DNA from: Desulfobacterales bacterium
GTDB lineage: Bacteria; Desulfobacterota; Desulfobacteria; Desulfobacterales; UBA5852
Direction of reading: 5' to 3'
NCBI GenBank assembly: GCA_963674755.2
Contig: CAXXVS010000003.1
Span: 2,624,001 to 2,688,000 of the forward strand
Length of the DNA stretch: 64,000 bases
In this document: piece after piece, positions 47,967 through 56,925 of the stretch
Layout: each line of letters opens with the position of its first letter
How positions within the stretch are numbered: position 1 is the first letter of the stretch
Made by a program: the position numbers and the translations under genes
Notes under the pieces: model-generated
What the model was told of the DNA's origin: nothing
Seen by the model: only the letters and a program-made list of their open reading frames with translations
Databases searched by the model: none

Positions 47967-48803
47967 TCATTTTGCTCGACCTCCGTCCGGCAAAGAAGGC
48001 TCGCTTTTCTCTTCAACGAATTCCTTTTCGACATAGTGGTTGACCGCCTTCATCATTGCTTTCACCTTTTCTGAGGCGGGCAACGCCTTACAGATGTCAT
48101 CGATATAGTTCCGGGAAATGACCGCATCGAGAGTGGGTTTGAAGTTCACGTCAAAAACCCAGCCGATCTGGAGCACCTTGAAATCGCTAAGCGTCTGAAT
48201 ATGGTGAAAATCGACAATCTTTTTGTTCATTACCGCGTCATACACCCTGTCCGATATTTCCGGGGTATCCGGCAGTTCCAGTTCAAGGGCACTGTTTGAA
48301 CTGTGGTCCGAGCAGCGGTAATGGCGGATCAGGACTCTCCATATATCCAGTTTGTCCGCATCCCGAAGCAATTTTGCATAGAACAAACATGGCTCCGTCT
48401 CTCCATCGGGGAGGGCGGGGCGATTATGGTATGATATAATCCGGTAGGCGAGATCTTTTAACGAATCGTTCAGGCAATCGAGAACGCCATGATCTTTGAG
48501 GGTTTTTACACTCAATGCGGCATGATTCTCGGATTTATAATCGACAAAAGTGCGATACAGGACATATTGTTCGAACCGCCCGACATCATGAAACAAAGCG
48601 GTAATTTCAGCAAACCGAAGCGATTCCCCTGATAGACCGAGGCTTTTGCCAATCCGTAAGATTTCTCCACAGACACGTTTCGAGTGACTTTTTTTTAGAA
48701 GAATATTCTCCCGGATATCGCCTCGATCGGTACAAAACGTCTCTGCATATCCATTAAACCACTTTCGCAGGGACTGTATCAATTCATCGCCGATATAGGC
48801 CAT
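47967..48803 (-). CDS. HD-domain metal-dependent phosphohydrolase
   Basis: KKSHSKRV, ALFHDVGRFEQY, NHAALS, YHNR, LRDADKLDI. Confidence 0.88.
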   Translation of the reverse strand: MAYIGDELIQSLRKWFNGYAETFCTDRGDIRENILLKKSHSKRVCGEILRIGKSLGLSGESLRFAEITALFHDVGRFEQYVLYRTFVDYKSENHAALSVKTLKDHGVLDCLNDSLKDLAYRIISYHNRPALPDGETEPCLFYAKLLRDADKLDIWRVLIRHYRCSDHSSNSALELELPDTPEISDRVYDAVMNKKIVDFHHIQTLSDFKVLQIGWVFDVNFKPTLDAVISRNYIDDICKALPASEKVKAMMKAVNHYVEKEFVEEKSEPSLPDGGRAK

Positions 48804-48976
48804 TGAACCATTTCCTCAAGTATCGTCTTCGCTCGAACCGTTGACGCCCTTACCGGCAGTGTAGGCCACCCGGTCCAATTGCGCCGATAGTCGGGCGATC
48901 ATTCGGGTGGCCAAGGTCAAGGCCCGTTGCAGACCAGGCACCAATACGAAGACAAGCAATGTTGGTAGGATTCGCT

Positions 48977-49222
48977 TCATTCCTTCCGATCCTGAAACGG
49001 TGTCGGCTGTCGCATGCGATCGACATCGGCCGGCTGAAGTCGCAACCGGCTGTCTACCGTCGGCTGCAAGATGCCGATGGGCGCATTGTCGAACAAATCC
49101 CTATATTTGTCAGCTCCTTTTTCAGCTCCCGAACCCCCCCGACGTACATCGCCCGATGTTTTGGATGGCGGCTGTTTGGTCCTTCCGGGCTTGCGATGAT
49201 TTTGATGGCATTTTCCTGCCAT
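48977..49222 (-). pseudogene. Remnant of a PAS-domain signalling gene
   Basis: EKGADKYRDLFDNAPIGILQPTVDSRL resembles the start of a PAS domain and then degenerates; adjacent to MITE copy 2. Confidence 0.5.
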
Positions 49223-49237
49223 ACGGCGCACTCCTCA

Positions 49238-49435
49238 GTGTCCATCCCTATAGGGCATCTTTTGGCCCCTGGCGGCGTTCGCGCCTCCTGTCGGTCCTCG
49301 GCGCAGCCGGGCTACGTCTGTGGGCGCCCGTCGGCTGCGGTTTGTTGAACACCAATGTAGTTAACAAATCAGACGCGAAATCCTGCGCTGTGCGGCGGGA
49401 CCGGAAAGCAAAATTTACCACCTATAGATGGACAC
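49238..49435. mobile_element. MITE-like element, copy 2
   Basis: Perfect terminal GTGTCCATC / GATGGACAC; internal CGGTTTGTTGAACACC..AAATCAGA..GAAATCC shared with copy 1. Confidence 0.8.
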
Positions 49436-50021
49436 GCCTTGGCTGGCTGGGTGTGTGGGGCAACTGTCGTTGGGTCAATTTTGACACAATATGTGTATTA
49501 GGATGCCTAGTGGCTATTAGCCTGGGTCAAGGTAAATTGCAACTTCTTTCAGAGTCCGGTCGCATGCCAACCGGCAGCCTGGGAGGGGGCTGAAACCGAC
49601 CCACCGACCGTCGAGACTGGCCTGCGAAGGATTGCGCCGACGCCATCATTTAAGCCTGCCTGACCAGGAACGGCGGCCAAGAAGAAGCGTTTGCGTGCCG
49701 CACCCGGAAGGATCGACCGTTTCCTTCCAGCGCGTGGGCTGGTTTCGCAAGGGCCTGCCATCCGGAGCGCTTGACGTTTGCGACACGTTCGCCGTTGCCA
49801 ATCCCTGAGAGATCTAATGCTAAGAAAATCTTGACAAAATGAAATGTCTTTCAGTATCTACAGCTAATTCTCCTAAACATCGTACCGCTTTCAGTTCCTG
49901 CGCCTTCCTTTTACGATGACCGAAGTTTTTCCTGATCCGACCGCTATCCGCCAGGTTCGCCGCTCTTTCTTTCCAGCTATCTCAGCCATCCCTTCAACAA
50001 CCCCAACGAATAGGTGCCATC

Positions 50022-50345
50022 ATGGATGCCAAAGATAACCAAAGAAAAGAGGAGCGGCGCATGTTCAAGTCATCTGCAAAAATCGCCTTTTATGTGCCAC
50101 TGGAATATGAAGCCTGCTATGGGGTGAATTGTTTCAAAGCAGAGATTACCGATTTTACTGAAAAAGGGTTTGGCATCCTACTGGGCGATGAACTGGAAGA
50201 AAATACAGCCGTCAATATTATGCCAGATCAGGAATGCCCATCGGCAGGCAATAGGCCTACCCCGCAAGTATATCAATCTGTGATTAAATGGATAAAAAAG
50301 ACAGGTCCGGAAACCTTCAGAATCGGTGTTCAACATATTCGTTAA
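50022..50345 (+). CDS. Single PilZ-domain protein
   Basis: QRKEERR (RxxxR), DFTEKG (D/NxS/TxxG), VIKW, RIGVQ. Confidence 0.75.
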   Translation: MDAKDNQRKEERRMFKSSAKIAFYVPLEYEACYGVNCFKAEITDFTEKGFGILLGDELEENTAVNIMPDQECPSAGNRPTPQVYQSVIKWIKKTGPETFRIGVQHIR

Positions 50346-50433
50346 CCGACTGAGCTCACCTATTGATGGTTTGATGGCGGTAATTCAAAATCGATACCCA
50401 GCTAAATGACAATTTCCGGCCGGGGAGTTTTCA

Positions 50434-52080
50434 ATGAAACATGAGCGATCATATGATTATGTGGTTATCGGTTCGGGTTTTGGGGGCAGCATTTCAGCCA
50501 TGCGGTTGGCGGAAAAAGGATTCGATGTGCTGGTTGTTGAGCGTGGTAAACGATACGCCGACAAGGATTTTGCAAAACGGGACTGGAACATACGGCGCTT
50601 TTTATGGTCCCCGGCTTTGCGCTGCTTCGGGATATTTCAAACCACTTTTCTAAACGATATCATGGTGCTGCATGGCAGTGGCGTCGGCGGCGGCAGCCTC
50701 GTCTATGCCAATGTGTTGATGAAACCCGACGACAGGCTATTTGAATCTTCCGGCTGGCGGCATTTGGCTGATTGGAAAACACTATTGGCCCCTCACTTTG
50801 AAACAGCCCAAAAAATGCTTGGGGTCGCGGAAAATCCATTGCTTGAAGCTGCTGATAAGGCCCTTGAAAGCATTGCCGCGAAATTCGGAAAAGGGGAAAC
50901 ATTTCGTCCCACTGAGGTTGGGGTCTATTTCAATACGGAAAAACCCGGCGAGCTGGTTCAAGACCCCTACTTTGGCGGTGCCGGTCCTGACCGGCGCGGC
51001 TGCGATTATTGCGGTGCCTGCATGGTTGGATGCCGGACCAACGCCAAGAACACGCTGATGAAAAACTACCTCTATTTTGCTGTAAAATTTGGTGCCGATA
51101 TCCTGGCTGAAGCGACGGTCTACGATATACGGCCCTTGCCTGAAAACCAGCCGGATGGGGCCCGCTTTATCGTCAGCTACGGCAAAACAGGCGCCCTGCC
51201 GCGGCCCATTACCCGGAAGATCAGGGCGCAAAATGTCATCGTGGCCGCCGGGGCGGTCAATACGAACAGGCTTTTGTTGAAATGCAGGGAAGTAAGGCGT
51301 TCGCTGCCCAAGATTTCAGCGAAACTTGGCCATAATGTGCGTACCAACAGTGAATCCCTGACCGGTGTCGCCACCCGAAAAGGTACGCAAGATTTTTCCA
51401 AAGGGGTTTGTATCGGTTCCATCTTTCAGGCCGATGACGTTACCCAAATCGAGCCTGTGCGCTTTCCGGACGGATCGGGCTTTACATATGCCATGCTGAA
51501 CGCTCCCCTGGTGGCGCCCAATGAAAAGTGTGCGGTCCGCGTGAGGGATACCCTTTTCCAAATCATGCAACATCCGCTTGATTTTTTACGCACCAAGGTT
51601 TTCCCGGGAACGGCCAGGCGAACCATCGTGCTTTTGACGATGCAAACCAAAGACAATCGCATGCGTTTGAAGTTGGGCCGAAATATTTTCACCTTCTTCC
51701 GAAAGGACCTGGTGTGCGTGCCGGATGAACAACAGCCGATCAACGCCGTTGTGGATATCGCCCATGCGGTTACGACGTCATTGGCCAAAGACTTAAATGG
51801 CATTCCCCTGGCGGGGATCAATGAAAGTTTGCTGAACATCCCCGGTACAGCGCATTTCATGGGGGGGGTCCCTTTTGGCAAGAATGCCGAAGACGGCGTC
51901 ATCGGATTAAACTGCGAGGTTCACAATTATCCCGGTCTTTTTGTTGTTGATGGTTCAATCATGCCCGCTAATCCCGGTGTTAATCCGACGCTGACGATTT
52001 CAGCGTTAGCCGAATACGCCATGTCCCATATTCCGGCGAAAGAGGGCGTCTTACCGCGAAAGCCAATAATGATTGATTAA
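50434..52080 (+). CDS. GMC flavoprotein oxidoreductase, cholesterol oxidase (ChoD)-like
   Basis: VIGSGFGGSISA FAD motif, GVGGGSLVYAN, CDYCGACMVGC..NAKNTL..NYL, TAHFMGG, VVDGS.MPANPGVNPTLTISALAE. Confidence 0.88.
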   Translation: MKHERSYDYVVIGSGFGGSISAMRLAEKGFDVLVVERGKRYADKDFAKRDWNIRRFLWSPALRCFGIFQTTFLNDIMVLHGSGVGGGSLVYANVLMKPDDRLFESSGWRHLADWKTLLAPHFETAQKMLGVAENPLLEAADKALESIAAKFGKGETFRPTEVGVYFNTEKPGELVQDPYFGGAGPDRRGCDYCGACMVGCRTNAKNTLMKNYLYFAVKFGADILAEATVYDIRPLPENQPDGARFIVSYGKTGALPRPITRKIRAQNVIVAAGAVNTNRLLLKCREVRRSLPKISAKLGHNVRTNSESLTGVATRKGTQDFSKGVCIGSIFQADDVTQIEPVRFPDGSGFTYAMLNAPLVAPNEKCAVRVRDTLFQIMQHPLDFLRTKVFPGTARRTIVLLTMQTKDNRMRLKLGRNIFTFFRKDLVCVPDEQQPINAVVDIAHAVTTSLAKDLNGIPLAGINESLLNIPGTAHFMGGVPFGKNAEDGVIGLNCEVHNYPGLFVVDGSIMPANPGVNPTLTISALAEYAMSHIPAKEGVLPRKPIMID

Positions 52081-52087
52081 GGATGCC

Positions 52088-53770
52088 CTATTGGTTGCCT
52101 GACTGTAACGGGGCCAGATGGCGTTCGATCTGTTCGGCCGCCTCCGGCGAGACAATCGTCAACAGGTGGTCGCCGGGTTGCAGGTGGGCATTGTCATGGG
52201 GCAGCAGCAGCCGTTCCCCCCGCAAGACAGCGATAACCTCATTTTCCGGCCCGAGCGATGCCTGGTATGGGGCCCCGATCGGTTGCCCGACCCAGGGGCT
52301 GTCAGGCTTGAGCACGCCGATCGTCAGTTTCTTGCCCTGGGCCAGATTGACGGCCACCCCGGATTTCAGCAGGTCCAGCAAATCCAGGTGACAGACCGCT
52401 TGCGATTCTGAAGACCAGGGCTCACACATCAGGTTCAGTGCGACGCAAATGTTGTCCAGATGATGCGCGGGGGAGTCGGCCCGATAGGGCACCTGCGCCT
52501 CGTACAGGCTTTTGTATTTTATCCGGGACGAGAGCAGCTTCTGGATCAGACAACTGAGGCTCACGGCCAATGCGGCCGGCACCAGCAACTGATAGCCGCC
52601 GGTCATTTCCGTAACCATCAGCAAGGTCGCAATGGGGACCCGGGCCGCACCGCCGAAGACCGCCGCCATGCCCACCACCACCATGGCCGCGGGGGGCTGC
52701 CGAAAAAGGTCGGCCATCACGCCCCCCACCATGGCACCGACAAACAGGGTGGGCGCAAAGACGCCTCCGGAACCGCCCGACGAGACTGTCAATGAGAAGG
52801 CCAGCAGTTTGGCGAGCACCAGAACAAGCATGATGGTCAGCGGCAGGCGGCCGTCCATGGCCTCTTGAATCCAACCGTAGCCCCCGCCCAGCACCTGCGG
52901 CAAAGCAACGGCCAACAGCCCGACCACCAGTCCGCCTAAGGCGGGTTTCAATTGAGGCGCTATCGGCAGTTTATGAAACAAATCCCGCAGACCGTAAAAC
53001 ACCACCGGAATCAGGGTGGCAACCAGCCCGCTGCCCGCACCCAGCACCAGGTACCAGGCGTAATCCATGAATTGGGGAACATTTAGACCGGCGGGTACCT
53101 GGAAAAGCGGCTGCCAGCCCACAAAGAGACCGTTGATGACGTAAGCCACCAACGATGCCAGCAGGGTGTAAAGCAACGGGCTGGCCTCGAACTCCATGTC
53201 CGAATAGAGCACCTCGACGGCGAAGATCGCCGTTCCGATGGGTGACCGGAATATGGCCGAGAGTCCGGCCGCCATGCCGATCAGCACCAGCAGGCGCCTT
53301 TCCGCTTCGGAGCGTTTGAACAGGTTGGCATAGATCGAACCGACCCCGGCGCTGATCAAGGCGGTGGGACCCTCGCGGCCTGCCGCGCCGCCGGAGCCGA
53401 TGGTGATGGCGGAGGCCAGCGTCTTGAGCGGCGCCACGCGTTTGCGGATAAAGCCACCGGCCCGATGGAAGGCCTTCACGGCCGTATCCGTTCCATGCCC
53501 TTCGGCTTCCGGCGCGAAGGTATACACGAGATAGCCTGATATCAGCCCCCCCAGGGTGGTGGCCAGCGGCACAAGCCACAGCCCGTGGGGACCGATGATC
53601 TGCTTGAGAACCCCGCCTTCCTCGGGGAGCCCGGGCGGTGCATATCCGGCCATCGTGTGCAGGAACAGAAATTGCGCACTCTTTAACAAATACGTAAAAA
53701 TCTGAGCGCTAAGGGCACCTACCACGCCCAAAAACAATGTGTCGAGAATCAGCCACCGTTTTTGCGTCAT
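52088..53770 (-). CDS. ClC chloride channel/antiporter family protein with C-terminal TrkA-C (RCK_C)-like domain
   Basis: APEAEGHGTD, GREGP, GGVFAP, EMTGGY, SLYEAQ; C-terminal SPWVGQ..AVLRG..LQPGDHL. Confidence 0.9.
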   Translation of the reverse strand: MTQKRWLILDTLFLGVVGALSAQIFTYLLKSAQFLFLHTMAGYAPPGLPEEGGVLKQIIGPHGLWLVPLATTLGGLISGYLVYTFAPEAEGHGTDTAVKAFHRAGGFIRKRVAPLKTLASAITIGSGGAAGREGPTALISAGVGSIYANLFKRSEAERRLLVLIGMAAGLSAIFRSPIGTAIFAVEVLYSDMEFEASPLLYTLLASLVAYVINGLFVGWQPLFQVPAGLNVPQFMDYAWYLVLGAGSGLVATLIPVVFYGLRDLFHKLPIAPQLKPALGGLVVGLLAVALPQVLGGGYGWIQEAMDGRLPLTIMLVLVLAKLLAFSLTVSSGGSGGVFAPTLFVGAMVGGVMADLFRQPPAAMVVVGMAAVFGGAARVPIATLLMVTEMTGGYQLLVPAALAVSLSCLIQKLLSSRIKYKSLYEAQVPYRADSPAHHLDNICVALNLMCEPWSSESQAVCHLDLLDLLKSGVAVNLAQGKKLTIGVLKPDSPWVGQPIGAPYQASLGPENEVIAVLRGERLLLPHDNAHLQPGDHLLTIVSPEAAEQIERHLAPLQSGNQ

Positions 53771-53952
53771 ATCTCATCCCGGTATTGTCGAGAGAGTTGT
53801 CACAATGTTACCCGCTGTCAAAGCGACCATACTGAAATTCCGACGGTGGAAGCAAGTCATGCGATCTACTGCCCAGCATTATGGGGTCTATGAGGGGGAG
53901 AAATAAACGCTAACCACTATCGGACTCTTTTGCTTCTTATCGTTCAGGCCCT

Positions 53953-55296
53953 TCAGGACCGCGATTGGTTTCTTAGAATGTCATAGTAATTCAGGATGTG
54001 GGTGACGAAGCGCACCGGTTCGAGGCCGCGGGCGTAGCCGTACTGGGTCTTGCGGTAGTATTTGCGCTGGCGCAGGAGGGGCAGGGTTTCCTTGAGGGAG
54101 GACCATTTGTCCGGGGGCAGATCCAAGTCCCGGGCGATCTGCTGAGCGTCCCGGACGTGGCCGTAGCCCACATTGTAGCTGGCCAGGGTGAAGAGCATAC
54201 GGTCCAGGCCCTGGATGTCGTCGAAGCGGGCGTAGATGTCCGCCAGGTATTGGACCCCTCCCTGGATGCTGGCCTCGGGATCGAGGCGGTTTTCGATGCC
54301 CATATCGGCGGCGGTCTCCAAGGTCAGCTGCATCAGGCCGCGCACCCCGGTGTGGCTGCGGGCATGGGGGTTGAAGTGGGATTCCTGGTAGATGGTGGCG
54401 GCGATCAGGCGCCAGTCGAAGCCGTGGCGTTTGGCTTCCCGGCGGATCAGGTTCTTGTACGGCGGCAGGCGCTCTTCCACGGCATTGTGGAAGCTGATCA
54501 CATCCACGTAGTCGAAATTCTGCACGCCGGTATAATACTTTCGGTAAATCTTATCAAAGGTGCCGTCGGCCTTGATGGCCTTCCAGAAGGCATCGATCTC
54601 CTTCAGCAGGGAGGTATTGCCCTTGCGCACCGCCCAGGCCAGGGATTCCTGGTCGGCAATCGCAAAGCCGATGGCCACGGCCGGGTAGTAGCGCCGGTTC
54701 AATTTAGCGATGTTCGAGTCGGCCACGGTGAGGGCGATTTCCTCTTCGGCCACCTGGCGGATGAGCTCCTCGGTGGGAACGTTCGGGTGCAGGACCAGGT
54801 TCAGGGCGATACCGTCCTTTTGCAGCTGCTCCAGGCGTTCCTGATATGACGATCCCCGGCGTACATGAATCGTGCGTCCGGCCAGATCGGCGAGCGCGTG
54901 CGGGGCGGGGTTGCCGCGATTATAGATGATATGCTGGCGGATCGACAGGTAGGGGTCCGAGAAATCCGCTTCGGACCGGCGTTGATCCGTAATCGTCAGG
55001 CTGGCGGCCACAACATCGCCACGCCCTCTTTGCAATGCCTTAAACAGCCCGTCCCAGCCGGGGGTGATCACGCGGAGTTCGACCCCCAGACGGTCGGCCA
55101 GGGCCTTGGCCAGATCATATTCGAAGCCCATGGCCTTGCCGCGGTAGGTGTAGTAGCAGTTGGCGTTGTTGTCGGTGATCACTACCAGGCGGCCGGAGCG
55201 CCGGATGCCCTCCAGCGTGCTGTCGCGTGCGCAGCCGGCCACAAGCAATGCCAGAACCACTCCCCCCAGCAGGAGCCGTCGCGGGAAGGCGCTCAT
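53953..55296 (-). CDS. mltF: Membrane-bound lytic murein transglycosylase F
   Basis: Lipobox LVAGC, PBP domain (GFEYDLA), SLT domain YQESHFNPHARSHTGVRGLMQLT, SYNVGYGHVRDA, YGYARG.EP. Confidence 0.92.
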   Translation of the reverse strand: MSAFPRRLLLGGVVLALLVAGCARDSTLEGIRRSGRLVVITDNNANCYYTYRGKAMGFEYDLAKALADRLGVELRVITPGWDGLFKALQRGRGDVVAASLTITDQRRSEADFSDPYLSIRQHIIYNRGNPAPHALADLAGRTIHVRRGSSYQERLEQLQKDGIALNLVLHPNVPTEELIRQVAEEEIALTVADSNIAKLNRRYYPAVAIGFAIADQESLAWAVRKGNTSLLKEIDAFWKAIKADGTFDKIYRKYYTGVQNFDYVDVISFHNAVEERLPPYKNLIRREAKRHGFDWRLIAATIYQESHFNPHARSHTGVRGLMQLTLETAADMGIENRLDPEASIQGGVQYLADIYARFDDIQGLDRMLFTLASYNVGYGHVRDAQQIARDLDLPPDKWSSLKETLPLLRQRKYYRKTQYGYARGLEPVRFVTHILNYYDILRNQSRS

Positions 55297-55422
55297 GGTG
55301 GTGCAAACACTCCGCTGGATTGATCCTGAACGGCGGTCGGCTTCATCATCCGCAGTTTGACCTTTCGCATGCAATGGGTGACATAAATCGCCTCATCATA
55401 GCGGAATCCGTTCAAAAATCAA

Positions 55423-56025
55423 TCAATCGGCCACATAATAGCCGTATTCGCGGGCGTTGACGTTGTGGCGTTTCTCCCATCCCAGGGTCGAAGAGGGCGT
55501 CGGACCGTAGTCATGGCCCGGCCAGACCACGGTATCCTCGGGCAGTTCCATCAAGCGCCGGATGGAAGCGCTCAAAGTAGGCCGGTCGCCGCCGGGCAGG
55601 TCGGTGCGGCCGCTGTCGCCGACGAAAAGGGTGTCCCCCGTGAAGAGATGGCCCTGGGCGTGCAGGCAGATGCCCCCGGGGGTGTGGCCGGGGGTATGAA
55701 TCACGTCGAAGGTGATATCCCCCAATTGAAGCGTTTTCTCGTTTTTCAGCCGCACGTCCGCCTCGGGATAGCCCGGGGCATCCTCCTCGTGGAGCACGAT
55801 TGGGGCGCCTGTCAGGGCTTTCAGGCGGGCGTTGCCGGCTGTGTGGTCGCCATGGGTGTGGGTGTTGACGATCATTTCAATGACCAGGCCCTCCGCCGCC
55901 GCGGCCGCCGTGATCCGGTCCACCTCGGGGCCGGGATCGATGACCAGCGCTTTGCGGGTGGCCTCACAGCCCACGATATAGCTGAAATTGTCCATGGCTC
56001 CGATCGCCATTTGCTTGATGATCAT
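55423..56025 (-). CDS. MBL-fold metallo-hydrolase (glyoxalase II-like)
   Basis: RBS AGGAGG; THTHGDH, HTPGHT, FTGDTLF, PGHDYG. Confidence 0.9.
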   Translation of the reverse strand: MIIKQMAIGAMDNFSYIVGCEATRKALVIDPGPEVDRITAAAAAEGLVIEMIVNTHTHGDHTAGNARLKALTGAPIVLHEEDAPGYPEADVRLKNEKTLQLGDITFDVIHTPGHTPGGICLHAQGHLFTGDTLFVGDSGRTDLPGGDRPTLSASIRRLMELPEDTVVWPGHDYGPTPSSTLGWEKRHNVNAREYGYYVAD

Positions 56026-56046
56026 CTTTAACCTCCTAAGTCGAGT

Positions 56047-56293
56047 TTGTTCATCCCTAAATGGCATCTTGCGGCCCCTGGCCCGCCGCCGGTGGACCGG
56101 GTTCCCGAATGGGGATAAGTCCACCTTTGGCGGACAAGCCGGCGTTCTCGCGCTTCGGAAATCCTTGCCGTAGCCCAGCTACGCCTCCGGTTCCCACCCA
56201 CAGCGGGGTTGGATCAGGCGGCAAGTCCCCCAATGTGGGACAAATCACGGCGGCCTTGGCCGAAACCAAAATCTACCATTTATGGATGAACAC
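56047..56293. mobile_element. MITE-like element, copy 3
   Basis: Termini TTGTTCATCCCTAAATGGCATCTT / AAAATCTACCATTTATGGATGAACAC; shares CCCGCCGCCGG..CCACCTTTGGCGGACAAG with copy 1. Confidence 0.8.
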
Positions 56294-56647
56294 GAAGTTG
56301 TTCGATTGGTCATTACTTAGCATGAAAATTGCATTAAATCCGATTTCCGGAGACCGGCAAACGCACCTTGACGTTGGGGATAACCATTGCCACCTATAAG
56401 CGTTGGGCTTAGTGCTCTTTTTCACCAACACACGGGTCTTCGGCCGTCAATTCATCTTCTCGGAAGGCGTTGCGCAGGCAGGGCTTTTCCCGCATAGCCC
56501 TTGGTTTTCGCGCCGCGTACGCCAGGCACTTTAAGGCAGGCCATCAATACGTCGCCGGGATTTTGAACAGGCCCCCTTTACGACCGACCGTCAATTTATC
56601 AACGGTCGGTGTGTTTGACATCGACAATCGTCATGAAGGGATACGAT

Positions 56648-56872
56648 ATGGACAATCAACGCATTTATCAACTGGGTCAGACCATCAAGCAGATTTATAA
56701 GGACGAGGTGGGGGGCGACCCCGAGGATTTGATCCGCATCTGGGACGACGGTGCCTGGTACTACGTCGTGCGCAACGACGATACCCAGGCGACGGTACCG
56801 GCCCGCGACCTGGCCGAAAACCGCCGGGACCGGATCGTCGAGGCCTTGCGGCGGTTTCAGCCCATCCGCTGA
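56648..56872 (+). CDS. Hypothetical 74-aa protein
   Basis: RBS-like AAGGGA; host-like codon usage; MDNQRIYQLGQTIKQIYKDEVGG... Confidence 0.6.
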   Translation: MDNQRIYQLGQTIKQIYKDEVGGDPEDLIRIWDDGAWYYVVRNDDTQATVPARDLAENRRDRIVEALRRFQPIR

Positions 56873-56925
56873 CCACCGTCTATCCATTCTCACCAAACTG
56901 CACCGAAAGGACAGAGAGGACTTCC

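Noticed and set aside
47761..47970. 69-aa minus-strand ORF overlapping the HD gene stop
   Set aside because: No motif and atypical composition; cannot be supported as a gene.
48751..48820. Imperfect 21-bp direct repeat (16/21) at the HD gene start, both copies able to encode LRKWFNG
   Set aside because: Two short copies in different frames could be chance or a trivial old duplication; no function can be supported.
49440..50020. Long intergenic region upstream of PilZ as a riboswitch or ncRNA
   Set aside because: No c-di-GMP or other riboswitch consensus was recognisable by eye; an Rfam/Infernal scan is needed. TTGACA at 49831 lacks a convincing -10 box.
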